A stretch of 63,990 nucleotides of DNA, counting the filler, from Neolecta irregularis DAH-3 (lineage: Eukaryota), in the NCBI GenBank assembly GCA_001929475.1. It is 8 parts of 8 records of this genome, joined end to end, with 100 filler letters (N's around TTAATTAATTAA, not from the genome) between each part and the next. Parts side by side here need not be neighbours in the genome. Positions count along the whole stretch, not along the records: positions 10,299 to 25,672 come from LXFE01000773.1; positions 25,773 to 38,033 come from LXFE01000777.1; 6 more parts are not named here. The stretch is one strand, 5' to 3'. Below are positions 13,442 to 26,077 of the stretch, one piece after another; the first letter of the stretch is position 1; each line of letters starts with the position of its first letter. The notes beneath the pieces were generated by a model, which saw nothing but the letters and a program-made list of their open reading frames with translations, made no database searches and was not told where the DNA came from. The position numbers and the translations under genes were made by a program.

Positions 13442-14757
13442 ATGCCCTCTGCTTTTGACGAACACAAGACTCCTTTGCTGCATGCCAAGGGGCGCTTGCA
13501 GCGGCAGGGCGTAAATTCTCGTCGCCATTCCGATTTCTTTCCCCAGCATGATCTCACCCCTAGAGCAAAGGATGCAGGACTATCTGCCATGGGGTTCCGC
13601 GAACTTGAAAAGGTATTTATCGGTTGCCGAAAAGATATTAATCGAAGCAGCACATTGCACATGTCAAGAAACAGAATTTTGATCTCAAGTTGGAACTACA
13701 TCTTCGAAGGGAAAGACAATCGTTTCAGGAGGATAAGCTAGAAAGGGCAGACCAGATCCTTGAAGACGTGCGTTTTCCCTTCTCCCAACGATGGCTAAAA
13801 AGATAGAATGCTCAGTTGCAAGATCAAGTTTACGAGCTACAGTCTGTTCTCGAGAAACAAACATATGAACTCGAAGAAGCCAAATCTGTTATTCGAATAT
13901 TAGAAGATCGTCTTGCGGATCTGGTTTCACTGCACAAAGTCTCCTCGCCGTTTAGTTTTCATCATTATGAACTCGGTGAGGATCAACTGTCTGACTACGA
14001 CTGTGAAGATCTATCTTTTGAAGATGCAAATTTATCAAATTCTTCGCCATGTCTTCCTATGCCGAAAGGAATCAAACGAATGGCCAGCAATTCGTTTTCG
14101 AATGAACGGCGGCCTCCTAAATCAAGTTTCTCAACCGTAGATCGGTCGAGGTTTTTTGAATTTTCGCCGATAACTCGCGTTGATAGACGAGTTGATTCAC
14201 GGGTGTATAAAACCGCTCCAGTCGTTCGACGGGGAAAAAACCCTTCTGCTCAAGAAGAAAGTTTTCTTTTAAATCTTCGCGATGAAATTCAATTTCAGTC
14301 TAGATCGGATTCATTCAATTGTTCATCTCCATTAAACCCTCGATCGCTAAAAATTGCCTCGAATTTAGATTTAGAACAGCAGAATGCAACTTGGAGTATA
14401 ATTCCTCCATCACAAAACCACGACATAATTTCAAATAAAGAGAATATCAACATTTCCCTTCCACCGACACCTCTTCCCACAGCAAAAGAAGAAGATGAAG
14501 AAGATGGTAATGAAATCTGCCTAGAGTTTCGTCCACATACAGATTATCCAGACGCCAAACCGTTGACTCGAGAAAGTAAACTTCCTCGTGGTCCATGTGT
14601 CTCGAAAAAAGACGGAGGGTTACCGCCTACACCGTCCAGCGCCGACGGAATCAAAAGACAGGGAACGAATTCTAAGATTGCCAGGATGGTTAATCAATGG
14701 GAAGCGAGAGCACATAATACCAATACCGGTACGAGTAAACACAAAAACCTTCGCTAG
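13442..14757 (+). CDS. Centrosomin motif 1 (CM1/Cnn_1N) coiled-coil protein with disordered tail
   Basis: Spliced reading MGFRELEK|HIAHVKKQNFDLKLELHLRRERQ matches the CM1 consensus; short coiled coil followed by an S/P-rich region. Confidence 0.75.
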
Positions 14758-14978
14758 AAAAAAACACAAAAAATAGTCTTTCATTACATGATATTACTAT
14801 TGGAGTATACACGCTAAACTTGAAATCTATCGACTGGTAAAGTAAAGTTTATCGTTTTATTTTCAGAGAGAGTAAGGGATCAAGTGAAGGATGAAATTGC
14901 ATTTATAATGAACAAATGATAAATATATATATAAAGAAGCGGAAAAAGACTACCCTAAACCACCCCGCACCATTCCCA

Positions 14979-15009
14979 CAAACAAACAAACAAACAAACA
15001 AACAAACAA
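14979..15009. repeat. (CAAA)7 microsatellite
   Basis: Direct reading. Confidence 0.95.
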
Positions 15010-15046
15010 GGGAGAAAGACCGACAGAAAGACTCAATGGTCCAATT

Positions 15047-16526
15047 TTAAATATCAGCGTCTGAACTTGAACGACTGGGAAGTCTAGTCATATCATATCC
15101 CAACGTCCCCGTCGAATTCAAAAATTTCCATTCTTGAACATGACATTTTTTCCCACACCAACTTTTCTCAACTTTTAACGTCTCGCGATCTCCAGCCCAT
15201 TCAAATATTTTTTCCCGTTGAATAGGATCTAATACGTGAAAATTCTTCACTGTTTTCGAGACAATTATTTCCCAAGCTTGTTTATGTCTATGTGAAGTTG
15301 ATAGTGAGAGAAATATGCGGGAGAGGCAGAGGGTGGAGATGCTTGCTTTCCAAAGTTGAGTTGCGGAGATTCCTGATTTATCAAGAATCATACTTTCTAA
15401 TTTTACTTTTGCTCTGTCTGGTTTCAAATCATTGCATGTTTCTGAGCAGTATATGTGATTGTCGATTGTCGATTGGAGACTGGTGATACTACTTGTTCGA
15501 CGACGGAGGCGGGGGTCCCTTATTGTTTCATGTGCAGCCAGGACTTTTCGTGCGAATTCAGAGATAGAGGGGTTGGGAAGGTAATGGATTCCATTGCATG
15601 GGGTGTTGGTTGGTTGTTCGAATGGGTGTTTCTGCGGTGGTAAATATGTGAGGAGTTTTGTAGAAATCGGATGAATGGGAATGATATGAATGAAGAACAA
15701 TGCAGAGATATCTGTCAAGTTTGTAGAGGAGAGGATGATGTACGGTATTGACCGGATACCTTGCATTCGCGACAGGCTTATCGAGGTGTTTTGTGAAACT
15801 TGGCTTGATGATTGAAAAAAGCCTGGTTCTATGGGAATTATTGACTCTGGAGAGTTTGCGTATTGTTCTCTTTCATCGGCTACTTCTTCTTCGTCAACCA
15901 CAACTTGTTCAAAGACTACTGCGTCTGACGAGTCAAACGAGTGTTGCGGTGTGTTATTGAAGAGCATCAGCGGAGGCTCGTTGGCGTAGATTCGACAGAG
16001 TACTTCAATCGCAGTGTCTCCTAGCGGGTTGGAAGAAAGGTCTAGACGATGTAAACATGTCGAATTTCGAAAACTCGATAAAAAGTCGCTCCATTGTTGG
16101 ATTTCGCGTGGGGATTTTACTTTGATGTTGTTTGATGCAAGGGATAGATCTTTAAGGTGGTGATTACTTTTCCTGATGACCTGAGAGAGGAACGCCAGAC
16201 CGGCGGTGGTAAGCGCATTCTCCTCTAAACGCAGTTCTTCCAGCTCGATTGCATCTGCATCGAGTAATTTCAGCAAACCGTCACAAACAAGGCCAAAGTT
16301 CTGGTCGCCGAGGTTCAGTCCGCCGAGATTGAGTTCGATTTGCGGGGCTACGTTATTATTTCTGGCGGTTGCGCGGCTGATTAGATCGTATTTGATGTAG
16401 TATTTCTACTGGTCATCCGGGGGGGTTCGGTCCAGAGGATACCGCGAAGCCACCGGGCCTTGCGAGTTTTTGCCCGCCGGGATCCTTTGGGGCGATTTTA
16501 AGAGTGGAGCTGACAGAGGAGGACAT
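15047..16526 (-). CDS. RNI-like leucine-rich repeat protein
   Basis: LEELRLEENAL, LKDLSLASNNI, LHRLDLSSNPLG; ATG at 16526 with one 37-nt intron joining in frame to KYYIKYDL. Confidence 0.8.
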
Positions 16527-16844
16527 TGATGGCACAGAATGGTGGAGCGTGGATGTAAAGGGAATGCGGAACGCACCTGCATCCAGTGGTAGCGGGCAAC
16601 TTTTGGACATAAACACAACCAAGCAGCTGAAGCTATTGTCTGCAGTAGCGTGTTTATGTGGTTCAACTTGTTGCAGGTGTTGCGGATGTTGCACTGGGAT
16701 CGTCACATGGTATATGCCCAGCCATCTTTGGAGAGAGGGCCGGTAATCCGAAAGTAGAAGGCCCGTTATCTGGCATCAGAGGATTGTGTATTGACATCTG
16801 CGGTTATTTGGGCATAGAACCGCGATAGCAATGTCAAAACAGAT

Positions 16845-17291
16845 GTGGCAAGGGGCGCATGTTTAGGGACAGGGAGAGCAGCGACCGACAAGATGCCGCG
16901 ACTCAACTCCTCCAGCTCGGACGCATCGCCGCACCCGTCCGTGTACGTTGCAGATGTTGTGTCTGACGCAGAGGCAGAAGCAGACGAGCAGACGGATGAT
17001 GAGAAAGAACAGCGGTATGCATCAGCGATCAAGATGCCTCTACCGGGATCTACGATAGTCTCATACCCGCTATATGCCTCGCCGAAAGAACCCCTGATGC
17101 CCTCTCCGACCGGCGCATCAGGTAGTTTTACGGCATTTACCTTTCTGACTCCAAGATCAGTCTCATCCAAGTCCTGTGAATGCGGCCGTGAGGAATCGAA
17201 CATTGCCCCTGTCCTGGCGACCGCCGCCGAACCAGCATGCCCAGTACGGGTCTATCCGGAACCACCCGTTTTCGAGTTCTGCGATGACTAG
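16845..17291 (+). CDS. Hypothetical low-complexity S/P/acidic protein
   Basis: 148-codon ORF with protein-like composition; an ORF of similar length overlaps it on the opposite strand. Confidence 0.35.
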   Translation: MARGACLGTGRAATDKMPRLNSSSSDASPHPSVYVADVVSDAEAEADEQTDDEKEQRYASAIKMPLPGSTIVSYPLYASPKEPLMPSPTGASGSFTAFTFLTPRSVSSKSCECGREESNIAPVLATAAEPACPVRVYPEPPVFEFCDD

Positions 17292-17912
17292 TTCGCCGTT
17301 CTTGCCTCGTTCGCCCGGTGATGAGCAGCAGGCGTTGGTAAGGAGGGAGGAAGGGGAGGGATGGTATGCATTAGGAAGCTCAGTATTGACGTTTAGGCTG
17401 AGGAGAACATTTTTTGCATTGTTTTGTTGTTGAATGCTTCATACTGGTGCTATGATGGACCTGATTGTACTGTAACTGCATATAGCTAGTAGGTGCTTGC
17501 TATACACTTTGCATGATTGTGGAATTCCAGGAATGTGTGGCGGCTGCTTGGAGTGGCTGTGCAGAACGGCAAGAAGGGGGCGCGAGAAGGCAGACGCGAA
17601 CAACAACGGATGCAGATCGCCAGGATAGACGCAGGGCTGGACTGGGACAAGGAGGCTAGAGTGGGCAAATAGTGGCGAGGGAAATGAACGAGTATGGCTG
17701 GGTGGTGGCTGGCAGACGAGAGAAAACGGGCGGATGGCTGGAGCGTCCCGAACCACCGATATTGAAGATCGCCGTGCAGATCAGTCCGTATGCGCTTATT
17801 TTCCGGAAGCGGAAAATGCATTAGAAGAAGCAATGCCGAAGAGCGGCGCGGATGGGGCAGCGCTGAGTAGGAGTAGAACAAAGTAGGCGCAGAGGGCATG
17901 ATAGGGCAGATA

Positions 17913-17974
17913 GCAGGAGAGGAGATGGAAGGAGAGGAGATGGCAGGAGAGGAGATGGAAGGAGAGGAGATGGC
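17913..17974. repeat. 15-bp purine-rich tandem repeat x4 (30-bp higher-order unit)
   Basis: GCAGGAGAGGAGATG alternating with GAAGGAGAGGAGATG. Confidence 0.9.
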
Positions 17975-18339
17975 GGGAATGGCGGAAGGAGCGCGGATGG
18001 CAGCTAGAGGCGGTGGCAAGTGCGCAGCAACAAGAGCATGTAGTCCATCCTCTCCCTCTCCTTCTCCAACCCCATCTATATCACGATGTCTCTCCATCTA
18101 TATCGCCATTACCATCGACATGGCATACTCTTCGTCGATATCCACCGGCATTCACCTGTCTAATCCGACAATCTATCTGCATTCACCACCAGCCAAGCCA
18201 GCCCCCCGCCGCCTTTCCGCCTCCACCGCCGCCTCCCGCCCCTTCCGGCTCCTTGCACGATGCCCGCTCTGGTTTCCGCCGCTTTCGCCAGCTCCCCCAC
18301 CACCTATATAATCCCCGGTGCAGCAGCAGTGCTGCACTC

Positions 18340-19188
18340 ATGTCTGCCGCCATCGACATCCCCATGAGCGACAAGACTGCCCTGGCCTGTTTTGTCCGAT
18401 ACCCCGTCAGCGCCGACATGATCGCCTTTCTCGCACAACAGGCCGCTGCGGTCATACGCTGCACGCCGACCAGCACCAGTCTGCCCTCTCCGCCCGCGAG
18501 TCCCTCGCGGTCGCCCGGCAAAGCAACCCCCGCCCTGCCCTCCCTCGAGGCCTTCATCGCCTCGCTTGTCGCAAAGTCCAATGTCCAGGTGCCCACGCTC
18601 ATGTCGTCGCTCGTCTACCTTGACCGCCTGCGCAACAAATTGCCGCGCCTCGCGAAGGGCATGCATTGCACCTGTCATCGCGTCTTCCTCGCCGCCCTCA
18701 TCCTGGCCGCAAAGAACCTCAACGACTGCTCCCCCAAAAACATCCACTGGAAGCGCTATGCTGGCCTCTTTTCGCTCTCAGAAGTCAATCTGATGGAGAA
18801 GCAGCTGCTGTTTCTGCTGCAGTGGGATCTGCGCATCTCGCCGGACGACCTGTACCAGCACCTGCAGCCCTTCCTCGCCCCCATCAAGGCGCAGTACCTC
18901 CGCAAGGCCTCGCTGCAGCCGCTGCCCCAGAGCTCGCCCCTCCGCGGCACCCGCTACGAACTGCCCCTCACCCCCGCCGCAAGCCCGGTCAAGTCCTACG
19001 GCCCCTCCCCGCATGTCCTCTGCTCCTCATCCTTCCCCTCCAGCTCCTGCGAAAGCCCCTCTCCGGCCACCCCCTCCCGCCGCCGATCCTCCATCTTTTC
19101 TCGCTTCCTCGGCTCCAGACCAGGCAACCACCCGCAAAAACCACATCTCGTCGTTCCTCCACGACTGCCTACCTTGGCTGCTGCATAG
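18340..19188 (+). CDS. PHO85-type cyclin, Pcl1/2 subfamily
   Basis: [68 protein letters not shown]. Confidence 0.93.
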   Translation: MSAAIDIPMSDKTALACFVRYPVSADMIAFLAQQAAAVIRCTPTSTSLPSPPASPSRSPGKATPALPSLEAFIASLVAKSNVQVPTLMSSLVYLDRLRNKLPRLAKGMHCTCHRVFLAALILAAKNLNDCSPKNIHWKRYAGLFSLSEVNLMEKQLLFLLQWDLRISPDDLYQHLQPFLAPIKAQYLRKASLQPLPQSSPLRGTRYELPLTPAASPVKSYGPSPHVLCSSSFPSSSCESPSPATPSRRRSSIFSRFLGSRPGNHPQKPHLVVPPRLPTLAAA

Positions 19189-19297
19189 AATTTTGGGTAT
19201 TATTTGGTTGTACATTATCGGTGGGCGCGGCTGCATACATACTAGAATTAACACCACGTATATTTTCTTGCTTCTCCCAAATACCCTCTTCCTCCAC

Positions 19298-19655
19298 ATG
19301 TCGTCACCCACCCAAATACTCTGCCTCTACCGCTCCTTTCTCCGAGAAATAAAGCATTCATATCCAAATACATACAAGTCATCTGCTTTGTACAAGTACC
19401 TTTACTCCTCCTTTACCACCCCAACAACCACCACGCTCCCTCCATCATCCCTCATCCAAAAGCAAAACCTGGCTTTTCACTTCAAAAGCCAACGCATGTA
19501 CAAGGTGTGTCTTTCGGCAAGTAGACACTTATAAGTAGACTTTATTGCAGAGGTATAATCCGGATTCTGTAATCACTGAGGCCCAAAAAATTGAATTGAC
19601 GGCGCGGAGAGTGGGATTACATGTCCCTTTTTCATCCCCGTCTACTTCAGTATGA
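19298..19655 (+). CDS. FMC1: ATP synthase assembly factor Fmc1 (LYR family)
   Basis: LYRSFLRE...KSQRMYK|TLLQRYNPD...ELTARRVGL. Confidence 0.85.
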
Positions 19656-20855
19656 ACCCAGGATATAGAGCGATTAGTAGGCGTGCATATATAGAGGATA
19701 TATAACAAAATTAGGCCTGCATGTACTCTTATGCTGGAACACTACTTTCATCCATAAATACCAAGCTGGCCTTGGTTTTCCAGCTGTGTCGATTTTAATA
19801 TAGATAAATGCCATCCACATACTTTCTGGACGGTCTGAATTTAGCCGTTAGGATGGAATACGTAATCGATGATTCGGAAGAGCGGATGAAGCACTTACGA
19901 AATCTCAATCATTTCATTCTTGTTGACCTTTTCAGTGGAGGATCAAATGGTCTAAAAGTCGAGTATGAATTTAAGACGAGAGGTAACCGGCGGATTAGGT
20001 GATACGGTTTCGTTTTAGGATCAAATCTGTCCAAGACTGTCAACGGCATAGCCGGGCTTCTGGTCAGAGTAGCAATTGGATAAACCGCAACATTGAAAAG
20101 CGTCATGAGAGAAAACAGGTTGAATCCTCAGACGCTTATAGATGAGTCAAAGTATAACTTTAAATAGTATTTTTCGTGGCCCAACTCATCATTGGTTCAG
20201 TGTCCTGGTGAGGTACGGCTAAACCGAGCGCTGGCCTAGGATCGTCATGGTCTAATACTTGTGTTCTGACACACCTGTAAAACCGCGACACCTGTACATC
20301 CATCAGCCGCACCACTAAATCCATCCAGAGATCTTGCATGGTGCAGAAGATGATGAGGAACCAAATCGTCACATCGTTTAAACCTCTATCGTATTCAAGA
20401 AACGGCAAGACACCGATATGTTGAGACTGATATACCTGGGATAACTTCCATTGTGCGTCATCAAGGATGACATGGTTACACGAATTTAATAACATGCATG
20501 ATTACGAGATTGGCTACAGAAAGGAGGCGTATGCCGAAGACAACAAACTGAATTATAGTGACAATTTGATAGATGTCAGGTTTTATCTTGACAGATGAAC
20601 CAAAACTAGATGAGACAATATACAGTGTCACAAAATTACTCGTATGAAAAACTATGGGCGCGTATGAAAAAACTAATCAAATGGCGAGATTTCCGCGAAT
20701 CAGGACGATAAGACAAAATATTTGAAAACTTGCGAGGTAAAAAAAGATTGTTGAACAAATAGCATACCCAGACAATAGCGATACCGCGAATAAAACCGAA
20801 TGAACGGAACGAAAAAGATAAAAGAGCATCCAAAGCAAGCCATAAAGCAAACTCT

Positions 20856-22583
20856 TCACAAATCAATGAGACTACCTCCAGTATTCCCCCAGGTTTGCTG
20901 CTGTTGTGGTTTTTGTTGGGAAAATGCAGCCGGGCCGGTGAGATTTGGGGCTATGGGTCGAGGTTGGCCTGTATATTGGGAATAAAATGGATTGGTAGAG
21001 TTCCCGGCGGGGCCAGTTTGCTGGTACTTCAAGCCATGACCTGCTGAATTGACAAATTGGCCAGTGAGGGAGTGCTGAGCAGCGATTCTTGCATCGCCGG
21101 TGTTTCCAAACGTATCTTGACCAGAGGCGTTGCCTGCTGAAAGAAGGGCTTCGAGATGGGCGTAGTGAGGATTTGGCGACGGGACAGGAACTTGCGGGGC
21201 TGGAGAATACGATGGAAACGGAGGCTGCTGAGGTGGTGGATTGTAAGGCGTATATGTGATTTGGGTTTCCGGGCGGGCGTCCATGGATTGTAGAGAATTC
21301 TGAGACGGGCAAGTGTAGGGGTCGAGTTTCGCAAAAGGATTGTTGGAGCCTGTAGGCGCGGATTCCAGCCGTGGAGGGGAAAGACTGAGATTCTGAGAGT
21401 ATGGATTATTTGTTCCAGGTGTTTGGTAGTTGGTCGTCTGAGCTGCAACCGAAGCGTAAGGATTACCTTTAGAAAACTCGGATGTTGATAGCATGTCTTG
21501 CTGCTGTGGAAACGCGGGCTGTAGAGGTTGTTGATAGTAACCCGTTGGTTGCGAATAGACGTTATCGAGGAAGCCAGTATTTTGAGGCCGCTGGGCATAT
21601 GGATCATGGATAGGGTTTCCAAAAAAGTCGACCTGATCCAGTTGTTGATAAGGCTGCTGCACTGGTTGAGGAGGCGGCGAAAGAGCCTCGTCAAAGAAAT
21701 TATTTGCATTTCGCTCTTGCTGTTCTCGCAAACGCAGTTCTTCTTCCTCCTTGCTCAGCTGTATCGCTCGAGATAATTCATCATCATTTTGCTCTTTGCT
21801 TCGACGCTTGCGGGCCTCTTCTTCGGCAGACCGTTTACTTTCTTCCATTGCCTTGCGGAGATCATCGTCGTCGCGTCCCACAGCGGTTCTAGGTCTTCGC
21901 AAAGAAGTAGTTCGTTTCGGACGATCTGCCATCGCGAGGAAGTCGTCAGCGGATTGCTGTCCTAGTCTTCCACGCATATGCGTACGATTCTTGCGTTCGG
22001 CCCGCAGCCGTTCATCATCCTGCAGTAATGCAGTGATATCCTTTGCCTTTTGGCGCACTGCTATTAGCAACATTCTGAGAATGGGTTACCATTGGCACCC
22101 CTATCTTTCCCCTCCTCGTCAATATACAGAAACTCGCGCAAGGTTTTGATCAAGAAAAGGTTCTGCTTCGCCCATACGACTACATTTTCTGATCCACTAT
22201 GAAGACAGTAATCCAAAACGGTCAAAGTCTAGCATATCAGTTGGCCGCATTGTTATTTCAAACCTTGAACACATGCCTCCAGTTTTTCCCCTTGTCGTTC
22301 AACCGTCTTTCAAACTGATCGATGATTTCGAAAAGATCGCTTGTGCTGACACTTGGTCAGGTTCTCACGGAAGCTCCAAAACATACTTGTCAAATGTTGC
22401 GCTGGCGATTTCGCCCATTTCGGTCCCACTAGGGCCCCACGGATCATTTGAAGTAGCGTTTCTAACTTTGACCTGAATGTCCGAATACCCTTTGGAGAAG
22501 TTCTTTCTTGAAGGGAATATCAGCGAGACACAAAGCTAGACATACACCGAACGCACGACAGCCCGTGCGGATGTTTTTGACAT
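20856..22583 (-). CDS. ENT1: Epsin (ENTH domain, UIMs, NPF motifs, clathrin box)
   Basis: KGYSDIQVKVRNATSNDPWGPSGTEM, two UIMs, NPF motifs, C-terminal SLIDL. Confidence 0.93.
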
Positions 22584-23084
22584 TGCTGGAGAGGCGTAGG
22601 CAAGAGGCAACGACTGTTATAGATGCTGGAAATATAAGAGGGTGAGGCTGTAGGTTTGACCAGCAAGCAGGAGTACTGAGTTGGACCAATAAGACAAGGC
22701 GGAGTGAAAAAACACCGATATATTCCAGTTCCTTTGGACTATTTCAACATTTGCGCTTACTGCCAGACCATTTTGTATATTTTCAGTTTATCAGAAATAA
22801 GCTAGGCGACCCATCCGACACCTTACAAAAGATGCGAGGCATATATTTGTCTACCAATGTTCTATTCAAAGTTATATCCTTGTGGTGGAGAAAATCTTGA
22901 TGTTTATTTTTAATATATATTATATCGTGTCGGAATGCGGGGGGTCTCGGTTGGTACGGCGCCGAGCTTGGTGTTTCTGTCGGGGCGTTACCTCCGCATT
23001 TTCATTCCAAAATATGTATCCATGTCTGAAAGTGAATTATTGAGAGAAAGAAATCTGTCAACCTCCACTTTGTCCGATAATGAC

Positions 23085-23311
23085 CAGAGTTGATTTTCGG
23101 GAGGTCAGTTCACCTGAGATCGAGCCTCGCTTGAGATCTCCACGTGCTCAAGTCTAGCCATTCGAGGGTTGCACAAGTCCTACAGAAATGTCCAAGGTGA
23201 AAGAATTAGATGCTCGGACCGCTCGCTTCACACTTGAGTCATCTCCCGCAAGCCGTTCAAGGTATGGGTGATCTCTCACTTGAGTGAATCTTCAACTATT
23301 GGCGACCCTTG
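23085..23311. mobile_element. Possible decayed MITE
   Basis: Repeated CTTGAG/CTCAAG motifs between weak CA(G)-type ends. Confidence 0.3.
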
Positions 23312-24337
23312 GCTAAATTATATTGTTGAGCGATTTACGTGCCTGGTCACTGCGCGTTTCCAAGAGAAGATTTCAAAAAACTTCCATGGATTGAACGCCG
23401 ATCAGCAATAATGCAACGTCGTTAAGTACTTCAATATTTAAGCGGGAGACCCCTGAAACTGACATTTCCACGGATTTCTGTCAGTAAAATGATGTGCGGT
23501 TTCGGTCGTGCGGACGATCAACGGTGGATCTTAATGGCTTTCAATAGCCCTTCAATATAGACCAGCTTCACTCCATGAATTCAATTTTATTCGCGCTAAT
23601 CGCTCATTTGTGATTGAAGATTGAGAGGATGAACGCCTCATTTCTCTAGTAGGATTCTTATAAAGCATTGACCTGTGCATGGAATCAGTTCAATGCAAGA
23701 CAAAAGAATACGAGCAGCTAGTTAATAAGGTATTTTTTCGGTTAACAAAGAGAGATCCGGGGTGGGGATCTTAAAATGTGGATGGTCGCGTACCAGTGTC
23801 TCAGCCAAATTCTCCACTATTTTAGCTGGTGGGACACAAAGCGCGTATACGATTGTGCATTCGCTTGCGGGTACAAAGGACGATCAATTGCACAAAGAGC
23901 AGTGAGGAATAATGCAGCGGGGTGCAAGTGGAGCTAGGGGACGACTGACTAGACGAGTTTGAGAGAGACGCCGGGAGTGATGACGATGGTCTCAGACAAT
24001 GGCTCGCCAGCTGCGCATCGACCACGATGTCTCTTGCGAGGCTGCCTCAAAAGATTGCATGGAACCCCGCTTGTAGCCTTCTTGCAAGTACCTGCTTCAA
24101 GTGTCAAAACACAAGCAATATAGATTCGGGTCCACAGACAAGCTTTGCAGCTAGACCATCTCGCGCTAACCCGCAACGTGGCTTTAGATTGTCCGGTCTG
24201 TGAAGTTACGGGCTTGTCAAACCGGAAAGGCTTAGCGAACAATCGTTTCCATCGACCTTGTCCATCCCTGTAGGAATTACGCCCACTTATAAGCAATCTC
24301 AGCCGCAGAGATCTCGTTCATAGACTCCCTTGTTCGA

Positions 24338-25244
24338 ATGGATTTAACCAGTATCCTCAACACTCCAAAGTCGCCTCTTCAGCCTCGATCAGCCCACAGG
24401 GTGGAGGAGAAGCGGTATAGTCGAGCAGTGCCGGCCCACCATAATGCCATGCATCCGTATCAAGCTGTGCCTCGCCAGTATCCGACACCAGTTTCGTACT
24501 ATCAGTACATGCCGCCGCCCTCCGCAACATCGAGTCCGTTCCAATGCTCAGAATGCGACAAGCGATTTGCAAGACGGTCCGATCTTGCTCGTCATGGTAT
24601 ATTCTGCTGAACAAGTTTTGGGATGACACCAAAATAGAACGGATTCATACAGGAGATCGCCAGTTCGTGTGCGAGTACCCCGGCTGTGGAAAACCGTTTA
24701 TCCAAAGATCAGCGTTAACCGTGCATACCCGAGTGCATACGGGGGAAAAGCCTCATCGGTGCGAAGAATGTTCGAAGCGGTTTAGCGATAGCAGTTCGCT
24801 TGCTCGTCATCGGTGAGAGTTCTCAGAACAGTTCCCTGATGAATGATAGACGAACACATACCGGAAACAGGCCCTATGCCTGCCCGTATCCTGATTGTCA
24901 CAAGACGTTTACTCGGTTTGGAGGTTGCTTCTATTGGAATTCTGACGTTGCTTAGCCGGACGACATTAACGCGCCATCAGAACCATCATGCTGGATCCTT
25001 GCCGGCGGTCTTGTCGTATCCTGCTGTGCCTGTCCACGCAGTGCAGCTGCACTTTCCGCAACCCTGCTATGCAACCCATCTGGCCTCGCCGCTACGCAGC
25101 TCCTCTTCGTCGTCGCCCTCGCCGACACTCAACTACAGTCACTGGACGAACCGGGCCCCGGATGCTCGGGAGAGGCCGGGATCGTTGTCGAACACGGGGT
25201 ATTTTCAGGTTGTAGCTCCTATTCAATCGAACACGAGCCAGTAG
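24338..25244 (+). CDS. C2H2 zinc-finger transcription factor (4 fingers)
   Basis: [77 protein letters not shown]. Confidence 0.92.
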
Positions 25245-25342
25245 GCCGTGGCATTAGATACATAGATTGGTTCCCGATGTAAGATACTGGGGGTCTGTAG
25301 CAATTCCAGCTCACGGCATGCTGTGAAACGATGTGTATAGAA

Positions 25343-25672
25343 CTAGACTCCAATATGAGGTTCCGCATGAGCAGGTTCGGGCTCCACCCTCGCAGCCAGC
25401 ACCATGTCCCGGCCAAACCGGTGCCACGAGACGTCGCAGAGGCCCGGCGGGCGGGGCGCCTGGGCGAGAAGCCCCGTGGAGCCGACAAACTGCGGGCTGA
25501 TGGTGACGATGACGACGTCTGCCGCGTTTTCGGCCAGCACGCCTGCGATGACGCTGGCGCCGCCCTCGATCATGACGCTCGAGAGGCCGAGCGAGTGCAG
25601 CTCGCGCAGAATGGTCTTCCACGGCCAGCGGAAGCCTGCCAGGCGCACGTAGCGGCCGCCGACGGCCTCCAG
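25343..25672 (-). CDS. RibD C-terminal reductase domain (RIB7-like), 5' part lost in the gap
   Basis: LHSLGLSSVMIEGGASVI, VTISPQFVG, FGRDMVL. Confidence 0.85.
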   Translation of the reverse strand: MEAVGGRYVRLAGFRWPWKTILRELHSLGLSSVMIEGGASVIAGVLAENAADVVIVTISPQFVGSTGLLAQAPRPPGLCDVSWHRFGRDMVLAARVEPEPAHAEPHIGV

Positions 25673-25772
25673 NNNNNNNNNNNNNNNNNNNNNNNNNNNN
25701 NNNNNNNNNNNNNNNNTTAATTAATTAANNNNNNNNNNNNNNNNNNNNNNNNNNNNNNNNNNNNNNNNNNNN
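25673..25772. other. Artificial contig linker
   Basis: N44-TTAATTAATTAA-N44. Confidence 0.98.
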
Positions 25773-25900
25773 GAGCATCTTCGTACCGGGAGTATAGGGC
25801 GTGCTGACGAGTCACCGTATGTAAACGGGGCTTAAAAAAGCTTTTCCTGTTTTACCTACAGCGTGTACTGGAAGGAAGTATGTTGTGTTCTGCAAGTATA
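25773..25900 (+). repeat. Dispersed repeat family A, copy 1
   Basis: Identical to 36664-36786 apart from a 5-A insertion. Confidence 0.92.
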
Positions 25901-25910
25901 NNNNNNNNNN

Positions 25911-26077
25911 AGCAAGTCCAAAATTTAGACTTGCTTGTTTGGACTTGATAGACTTGACTGTTTAATATCACGTGATACGGCCCATTAGGCCAATGGACCA
26001 TGGGCCGGGCTTTTTCCATCTCCAGTCTATGGACTTTTAATGGACTGGATTAAGTCCATGGTCCATCCACAACACTG
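25911..26077. mobile_element. hAT-like MITE end
   Basis: Terminates in CCACAACACTG (rc CAGTGTTGTGG); multiple ATGGAC/GTCCAT and GACTTG subterminal motifs. Confidence 0.55.

Noticed and set aside
17439..19352. Many overlapping ORFs around the PCL cyclin
   Set aside because: Shadow ORFs caused by high GC and simple repeats
19800..20500. Possible spliced gene on the minus strand
   Set aside because: Could not assemble a convincing exon structure or assign a family
25343..25672. Bacterial HGT or contamination of the GC-rich RibD fragment
   Set aside because: GC rises gradually from the adjacent intron-containing fungal gene; the fragment is too short to claim foreign origin
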